Source: Candidatus Omnitrophota bacterium (GTDB lineage Bacteria > Omnitrophota > Gorgyraeia > Zapsychrales > Zapsychraceae). From it: a DNA stretch of 64,000 bases. This document shows, in pieces, positions 58,158-64,000 of this stretch. The translations under genes and the position numbers were made by a program. The notes beneath the pieces are model-generated. The model did not search any database, was not told where the DNA came from, and worked only from the letters and a program-made list of their open reading frames with translations. The stretch covers positions 24,817-88,816 of the forward strand of contig JANQMA010000012.1 of NCBI GenBank assembly GCA_028280285.1. The letters run 5' to 3'. The first letter of the stretch is position 1, and each line of letters begins with the position of its first letter.

Positions 58158-59813
58158 ATGAAAAAAGAATATAACATGCCAAGCAGGTCTCTTTTTATTT
58201 TAACAGCAGTGGTAGCGCTTTCCTTCTTTACTGCGCAATCTGTTTTTGCCAATAATCTTTCTATCGAAAGTTTTTCTGTTTATTCGACGAGCGAAGCAGC
58301 CAACACGATTACCTATGCGGCTGATATAACATGGGAAAACAGCTGGCGGACGACAACGAATTATGATGCTGTTTGGGTTTTCCTTAAATATTCAACCGAT
58401 GCAGGCATGACATGGAATCACGCCAGTATGGCCAATAATGGGGTGAATCCAAATGGATTCAGTGCGCCTACCGGGTTTGAGATTGTTGTTCCGGATGACG
58501 AAAAAGGATTCTTTTTACAGAGAACGGATTTAAGTTCGGGTAATGTTTCTGCCGAGGATGTAAAGTTTATTTGGGATTACGGGCAAGATGGATTGACAGA
58601 TGATCAAGCCATGGCAGCTAATACGATCAATAAAGTTTTTGGAATCGAAATGGTTTATATCCCTGAGGGACCTTTTTATGCCGGTGATGATAACAGCTCG
58701 TCGGAATACCGATTTAAACAAGGCTCCTCTGATAATGACCCTTGGTATATTCAGAGTGAAAATGCGATTACTACGACGAACTCTACCGCCGATGGGTTCT
58801 ATTATCAAAGTTCTTCCGCCTCTTCGGAAAGTGCCAGCGGGGCGGTATTTATTATTCAAACTTCTTTTCCAAAAGGCTACAACGACCATTATCAAATGAA
58901 GTATGAGTTGACCGAAGGGCAGTGGGTTGACTTTTTTAACACACTCTCGAATGCGCAAAAAACGAATAGAGATATTACAGCGTCGACGAATGGCGGTAAA
59001 AATTCAGATAGTGTCGTGACACGCAATACCATTGCCTGGGATTCATCCAGTCCGGCATCCGATGCCACAACCGACCGCGCTGATCGTCCGGTGACCTATG
59101 TGTCCTGGCCGGATGTGTTAGCGTACGCGGATTGGGCCGCCTTAAGACCGATTACCGAACTTGAGTATGAGAAAGCTGCACGTGGAATCGATATTACTCC
59201 TCTATCCGATGAACTCGCTTGGAGCAAGACAACATATAATCAAGCCGAAGCCAGTGAGATATTTCCTGATGCCGATGAAGACGGCGAAGAGCAAATTTTT
59301 GACGGAGCTGCCAATTTAAATCGTAATTCCCTTGGTTGGTCGTCCGGTGATGGACGCGCAGGCGGTAGTGCGGCCGGTCAGGCAGGTCCTTTACGTGCAG
59401 GTATTTTTGCAGAAAGTTCAACTAACCGCACGACGAGCGGATCAGGATATTATGGATCAAAAGAATTGTCCGGTAATTTATCTGAGATGGTGGTTACAGT
59501 CGGTAACGCGTCGGGACGTGGTTTTCTCGGAACACATGGAGACGGCAGCCTCTCGACCATCAGCAGTTATGAAGGTAATGCAACAAATTCTGATTGGCCG
59601 GGGATTAATGCCACAGATAGTGCACGTGGTGTGACAGGCACATCAGGTTCTGGATATCGTGGAGGAAATTTTAATTCGTCGAATGTCAGACATTTTCAAG
59701 TTTCAAACCGAACAAACGCAGCCAAAGACGCAGACGGAGCCAGCTATAGTCAGCGTTATGATGCTTCATTTGGTATGTTTGGTTCAGGCCGTTTAGGAAG
59801 GACGGCCCCGTAG
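58158..59813 (+). CDS. Exported SUMF1/FGE-sulfatase-fold protein, paralog 2
   Basis: Same motifs (MVYIPEGPF, MKYELTEGQW, LRPITELEYEK, ELSGNLSE); start at 58158 or 58176. Confidence 0.85.
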   Translation: MKKEYNMPSRSLFILTAVVALSFFTAQSVFANNLSIESFSVYSTSEAANTITYAADITWENSWRTTTNYDAVWVFLKYSTDAGMTWNHASMANNGVNPNGFSAPTGFEIVVPDDEKGFFLQRTDLSSGNVSAEDVKFIWDYGQDGLTDDQAMAANTINKVFGIEMVYIPEGPFYAGDDNSSSEYRFKQGSSDNDPWYIQSENAITTTNSTADGFYYQSSSASSESASGAVFIIQTSFPKGYNDHYQMKYELTEGQWVDFFNTLSNAQKTNRDITASTNGGKNSDSVVTRNTIAWDSSSPASDATTDRADRPVTYVSWPDVLAYADWAALRPITELEYEKAARGIDITPLSDELAWSKTTYNQAEASEIFPDADEDGEEQIFDGAANLNRNSLGWSSGDGRAGGSAAGQAGPLRAGIFAESSTNRTTSGSGYYGSKELSGNLSEMVVTVGNASGRGFLGTHGDGSLSTISSYEGNATNSDWPGINATDSARGVTGTSGSGYRGGNFNSSNVRHFQVSNRTNAAKDADGASYSQRYDASFGMFGSGRLGRTAP

Positions 59814-59834
59814 TTTTGCTTTAAGTAATCCTAC

Positions 59835-62800
59835 ATGAGCAACCATAGAACAAAAGAAAATTTATTTCACGCGTGTTTGACGTGGTTTGTGATATTTACA
59901 TTCCTGCTCGCGCAAACGCCTTCGACTGTCTATGCACAGTTTACAGGAGGTAGTTTCGGCGGGGATGGCACGTCATCCCTCGGTGAAGGTATATATAAAG
60001 GTGGATCCGAAGAAGGCTCTTCAAGTAGTTCAACGTCAAGCACCGCTTCATTAGCTCATGGTGAGGCGACGCAACTTGTATTCACACAAAGTCCTTCCAC
60101 AAGCAAACACTTGCACAAATTCGAACGCCAACCGATCATAGAAGTTCGAGATGCAAATGGTAATGTGATTACAACAGATAATACTACTGCCGTTTCTTTG
60201 GATCTATTTAATAACCCTGGTGCCGCCAAACTTGGCGGCACCACGACGGTGACAGTATCCTCCGGGGTTGCTGTTTTCACCGATCTTTCCGTTAATAATC
60301 CTGCCGAAATGTACACGCTGATCGCATCCGCACCAGGACTGACATCCGCGTTTTCAGATCCGTTTGATATTTTAACCGGTACAGGTCCACGGGCCATGGC
60401 ACTCTGGGATGAAACAGGGGGCGGCGGCTTCACTATTTATGTATGGTTAGAGTCAGACAATGACCGTGAAGAATTATCTGATAATGGAGGTAGTCCTGAC
60501 GACGCAGCGACCATTACGATCCTTGATGCGCAAGGCAACACGGAGTTGTCACCAGCTTTAACACTTGATACCACCAATGATTGGTTTAAATCAGCGGACC
60601 GTGTTTGGACGTTGACCGAAGCGGATGAAAAAGATGATTACTTTGCCAAGGTTCAAATTACACAAGATCCGGGCGGAGCTAATACAACCACCGATGCTAT
60701 CGTTCCTCTTGAAGTCATCAAACCGATTTTAGCGGAAATAGCCGATGTTAATTGGGATCTGCTTGCCGCTATTAAAGCCAAGACCGATACAATTAATTGG
60801 GATGATATTACAGAAATTAAGGCCAAAACCGATACGATTAATTGGGATGATATTAGTGTCTTGAGAACAGATGTAACAACAATTAAAGGTTATCTTGATG
60901 ATGTGAATTGGTCTGATGTCGAGAGGATGAGCGAAGCCGGTATTAATTGGGAAAATATTATGGTCATGACCAGTTTTGAAATTAACTGGACTGATATTGA
61001 CCGATTAAGTAAGGAAGGTGTGAATTGGACGGAAATAGCTGATTTGGCTGCGCGCGATATTAATTGGGATGACATTGAAGTTTTCAGTCAGGCGGGGGTT
61101 AATTGGGACGATTTAGTTGCCTTGAGTGAAGCGGGGGTTAATTGGGATGATCTTGCTGTCATGACGGCACAAGGAGTGAATTGGGCAGATATTAAAGTGC
61201 TGCATGATAAAGGAATGAACTGGGATGCCCTTGTTTTTCTAGGTACGGCCGATGTGAATTGGGATGATATTTCAGCGATGAGTAATGCCGGCGTTATTTG
61301 GAGTGAATATATCAATTGGTCTGACCTTGCTGTCTTATCTAATGCCGGTGTTAACTGGGATGATCTTGATGAGATGAGTGACGCCGGTATCAATTGGGAT
61401 GATTTAACCGTGATGAGTGAAGCGGGGGTTAATTGGGATGATTTACAGGAGTTATCAACGGCAGGTATTAATTGGTCTGACCTGACGGTAATGACTGAAG
61501 CCGGCATTAATTGGGCCGATATTGAAGTTTTATCGACGCAAGGTGTTAACTGGACGGATATTGGTGTTATGACAGCCCAAGGTATTAATTGGGCCGATAT
61601 TGATGTGCTTTCAAAAGCGGGTGTTAATTGGTCAGGCATTCAAGACTTAAGTACCGCCGGAGTGAATTGGGATGGGATTCAACATTTAAGTGTATCTAGT
61701 ATTAACTGGGATGATATTGAACAGTTAAGTAAAAAAGGTGTCAACTGGGATGACTTACAACAAATGACCACCGCCGGTGTTAACTGGAATGACATTGAAC
61801 AGTTGAGTACGACAGGTATCAATTGGGATGGCATCCAGCATTTAAGCACCTCAGGTGTTAACTGGTCAGATATTGGTGTTATGACAAAGGCCGGGGTGAA
61901 TTGGGCTGATATTGATGTATTGAGTAGGACGGGAGTGAACTGGAATGATATTCAGGTTATGACGGTCGCGGGCATAAACTGGGATGATATCGGACAAATG
62001 ACAACAGCGGGTGTTAACTGGGATGATATTGAGCAATTAAGTAAGACGGGTGTGAACTGGGATGACTTACAACAAATGACCACCGCCGGTGTGAACTGGG
62101 ATGATATTGAACAGTTAAGTAAGGCCGGTGTGAACTGGGATGATATCCAAGTCATGTCGACAACAGGAGTCAATTGGAGCGGCATTCAGCACCTCAGTGT
62201 TTCCGGTGTTAACTGGTCGGATATCGGGGTCATGTCGGAGGCTGGTGTCAACTGGGATGGCATCCAGCATTTAAGTGTGTCTGGTGTGAATTGGTCAGAT
62301 ATCGGGGCGATGACAACAGCCGGCGTCAATTGGGATGACATTGAACAGTTAACAAAAAAAGGTGTGAACTGGGATGATATTCAGGTTATGACGGTCGCGG
62401 GCATAAACTGGGATGATATTGGACAAATGACAATCGCTGGTGTGAACTGGGATGATATTGAACAGTTGAGTAAAAAAGGTGTCAACTGGGATGGGATTCA
62501 AGATTTAAGTACTGCCGGCGTGAACTGGGATGACTTACAACAAATGACCACCGCCGGTGTGAACTGGACCGATATTGAAGTTTTATCAAAGACGGGTGTT
62601 AACTGGGATGATCTGCAAGTGATGACGGTCGCCGGCGTTAACTGGTCGGATATCGGGGTTATGTCAAAAGCCGGTGTTAACTGGGATGGCATCCAGCATT
62701 TAAGTACATCCGGTGTTAATTGGGATGATTTACAAGCGTTATCCACCGCCGGTGTGAACTGGGATGATATTGAACAGTTGAGTAAAAAAGGTGTCAACTG

Positions 62801-64000
62801 GGATGACTTACAACAAATGACCACCGCCGGTGTGAATTGGGATGATATCGGTGCTCTGACGACAGCTGGTGTAAACTGGGATGATATTAAGGCATTAAGT
62901 GAGACGGGTGTGAATTGGGATGACTTACAACAAATGACAACAGCGGGTGTGAATTGGTCGGATATCGGCGTCTTATCAACGACCGGTGTGAACTGGGATG
63001 ATATTAAGGTATTAAGTGAAACAGGCGTCAACTGGGATGGCATTCAGCACCTCAGTGTTTCCGGTGTCAACTGGTCGGATATCGGGGTGATGTCAACGGC
63101 CGGTGTTAACTGGAATGATTTACAACAAATGACCACCGCCGGTGTGAATTGGGATGATATCAAGGTATTAAGTGAAAACGGTGTTAATTGGGATGGTTTA
63201 CAAGACCTTAGTACCTCGGGTGTGAATTGGGCGGATCTTGGTGTAATTTCAGCAACGGGAGTGAATTGGGATGATATTAAGGTATTAAGTGAAACAGGTG
63301 TCAACTGGAATGGTATTCAACACCTCAGTGTTTCCGGCGTTAACTGGTCGGATGTCGGAGTGATGTCGACGGCCGGAGTGAACTGGGATGATATTGAACA
63401 GTTGAGTAAGACAGGCATTAACTGGGATGATATTGAACAGTTAAGTAAGACAGGCATTAACTGGGATGATCTGCAAGCTATGACAACAGCCGGTGTGAAC
63501 TGGGATGATATTGAGCAGTTAAGTAAGGCCGGTGTGAACTGGGATGATATTGAGCAATTAAGTAAGACGGGTGTGAACTGGGATGACTTACAACAAATGA
63601 CCACCGCCGGTGTGAATTGGTCGGATATTGGGGTGATGTCGGTGGCCGGTGTGAACTGGGATGATATTAAGGTCATGAGTGAAGGCGGAGTGAATTGGAG
63701 CGGCATTCAGCACCTCAGTGTTTCCGGTGTTAACTGGTCGGATATCGGGGTGATGTCGACGGCCGGAGTGAATTGGGATGATATTGAACAGTTAAGTAAA
63801 ACAGGTATTAACTGGGATGATATTGAACAATTAAGTAAGACGGGTATTAATTGGGATGATTTTCAGGTGATGACCACCGCTGGAGTGAATTGGACGGATA
63901 TTGGCGTCTTATCAAAAGCTGGTGTTAACTGGACAGATATTCAAGTCTTGTCGGAGGCAGGCGTTAACTGGTCGGATATTGATGTGATGTCAAAAGCCGG
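59835..64000 (+). CDS. Giant exported repeat protein (>1388 aa, runs off the 3' edge; absent from the ORF track): signal peptide, Ig-like domain, about 80 tandem 13-aa G(V/I)NW(D/S)D repeats
   Basis: Hand translation from ATG 59835: MSNHRTKENLFHACLTWFVIFTFLLAQTPSTVYA-QFTGGS...ATQLVFTQSP...DANGN...GVAVFTDL...YTLIASAPGL. The repeat codons at 63960 are still in this frame. Confidence 0.9.
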   Translation, partial: MSNHRTKENLFHACLTWFVIFTFLLAQTPSTVYAQFTGGSFGGDGTSSLGEGIYKGGSEEGSSSSSTSSTASLAHGEATQLVFTQSPSTSKHLHKFERQPIIEVRDANGNVITTDNTTAVSLDLFNNPGAAKLGGTTTVTVSSGVAVFTDLSVNNPAEMYTLIASAPGLTSAFSDPFDILTGTGPRAMALWDETGGGGFTIYVWLESDNDREELSDNGGSPDDAATITILDAQGNTELSPALTLDTTNDWFKSADRVWTLTEADEKDDYFAKVQITQDPGGANTTTDAIVPLEVIKPILAEIADVNWDLLAAIKAKTDTINWDDITEIKAKTDTINWDDISVLRTDVTTIKGYLDDVNWSDVERMSEAGINWENIMVMTSFEINWTDIDRLSKEGVNWTEIADLAARDINWDDIEVFSQAGVNWDDLVALSEAGVNWDDLAVMTAQGVNWADIKVLHDKGMNWDALVFLGTADVNWDDISAMSNAGVIWSEYINWSDLAVLSNAGVNWDDLDEMSDAGINWDDLTVMSEAGVNWDDLQELSTAGINWSDLTVMTEAGINWADIEVLSTQGVNWTDIGVMTAQGINWADIDVLSKAGVNWSGIQDLSTAGVNWDGIQHLSVSSINWDDIEQLSKKGVNWDDLQQMTTAGVNWNDIEQLSTTGINWDGIQHLSTSGVNWSDIGVMTKAGVNWADIDVLSRTGVNWNDIQVMTVAGINWDDIGQMTTAGVNWDDIEQLSKTGVNWDDLQQMTTAGVNWDDIEQLSKAGVNWDDIQVMSTTGVNWSGIQHLSVSGVNWSDIGVMSEAGVNWDGIQHLSVSGVNWSDIGAMTTAGVNWDDIEQLTKKGVNWDDIQVMTVAGINWDDIGQMTIAGVNWDDIEQLSKKGVNWDGIQDLSTAGVNWDDLQQMTTAGVNWTDIEVLSKTGVNWDDLQVMTVAGVNWSDIGVMSKAGVNWDGIQHLSTSGVNWDDLQALSTAGVNWDDIEQLSKKGVNWDDLQQMTTAGVNWDDIGALTTAGVNWDDIKALSETGVNWDDLQQMTTAGVNWSDIGVLSTTGVNWDDIKVLSETGVNWDGIQHLSVSGVNWSDIGVMSTAGVNWNDLQQMTTAGVNWDDIKVLSENGVNWDGLQDLSTSGVNWADLGVISATGVNWDDIKVLSETGVNWNGIQHLSVSGVNWSDVGVMSTAGVNWDDIEQLSKTGINWDDIEQLSKTGINWDDLQAMTTAGVNWDDIEQLSKAGVNWDDIEQLSKTGVNWDDLQQMTTAGVNWSDIGVMSVAGVNWDDIKVMSEGGVNWSGIQHLSVSGVNWSDIGVMSTAGVNWDDIEQLSKTGINWDDIEQLSKTGINWDDFQVMTTAGVNWTDIGVLSKAGVNWTDIQVLSEAGVNWSDIDVMSKA
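60747..64000 (+). repeat. 39-bp coding tandem repeat array (consensus near ggt gtN aaY tgg gat gat att NNN NNN ttR agt NNN NNN)
   Basis: aaYtgg recurs every 39 bp from about 60900 to the window end. Confidence 0.95.

Noticed and set aside
56552-59813. FGE/C-type-lectin-fold paralogs as diversity-generating retroelement targets
   Set aside because: No reverse transcriptase and no template repeat differing only at adenines in this window; a remote DGR cannot be excluded.
60056-63706. Minus-strand ORFs with SSQFTP-like repeats in the ORF track
   Set aside because: Antisense shadows of the + strand repeat gene, which has a signal peptide and one continuous frame.
60747-64000. 39-bp periodic array as a CRISPR array
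   Set aside because: No repeat/unique-spacer alternation, variation follows codon structure, and no cas genes are present.

Overview
Gene-dense, mostly + strand bacterial chromosomal region. The giant-protein family at the left edge and the overall gene content suggest Candidatus Omnitrophota (OP3/PVC); this is an inference. Housekeeping genes: ptsP, ychF, dinB, ppiC, a Pif1-like helicase, msrB, xseAB, NAD-type isocitrate dehydrogenase, tRNA-Arg(TCG), gcvT-H-PA-PB plus a lipoate ligase. Envelope and glycosylation genes: a YdbH/YnbE/YdbL-like trio, two TMTC-like GT-C/TPR paralogs, a carbamoyltransferase-SxtJ-DUF5989 triad and GT2s. Three things stand out. (1) A 5'-truncated >2180-aa protein in which unrelated cargo modules are separated by a recurring D-x-A-x-L motif, a polyprotein-like layout. 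(2) At the right edge, a GspC/PilP-like gene, a secretin, a TPR protein, two FGE/SUMF1-fold paralogs and an ORF missing from the ORF track (59835..>64000) made of roughly 80 tandem 13-residue G(V/I)NW(D/S)D repeats. (3) About a dozen palindromic elements built as about 4 heptamer units + spacer + about 4 inverted units, with unrelated unit sequences; two lie in-frame inside the giant gene. Also noted: a pair of inverted covarying structured elements before an orphan HigA-like gene, and an S41 protease with its catalytic Lys and Gln positions swapped. All family assignments are by eye from motifs; no searches were run.
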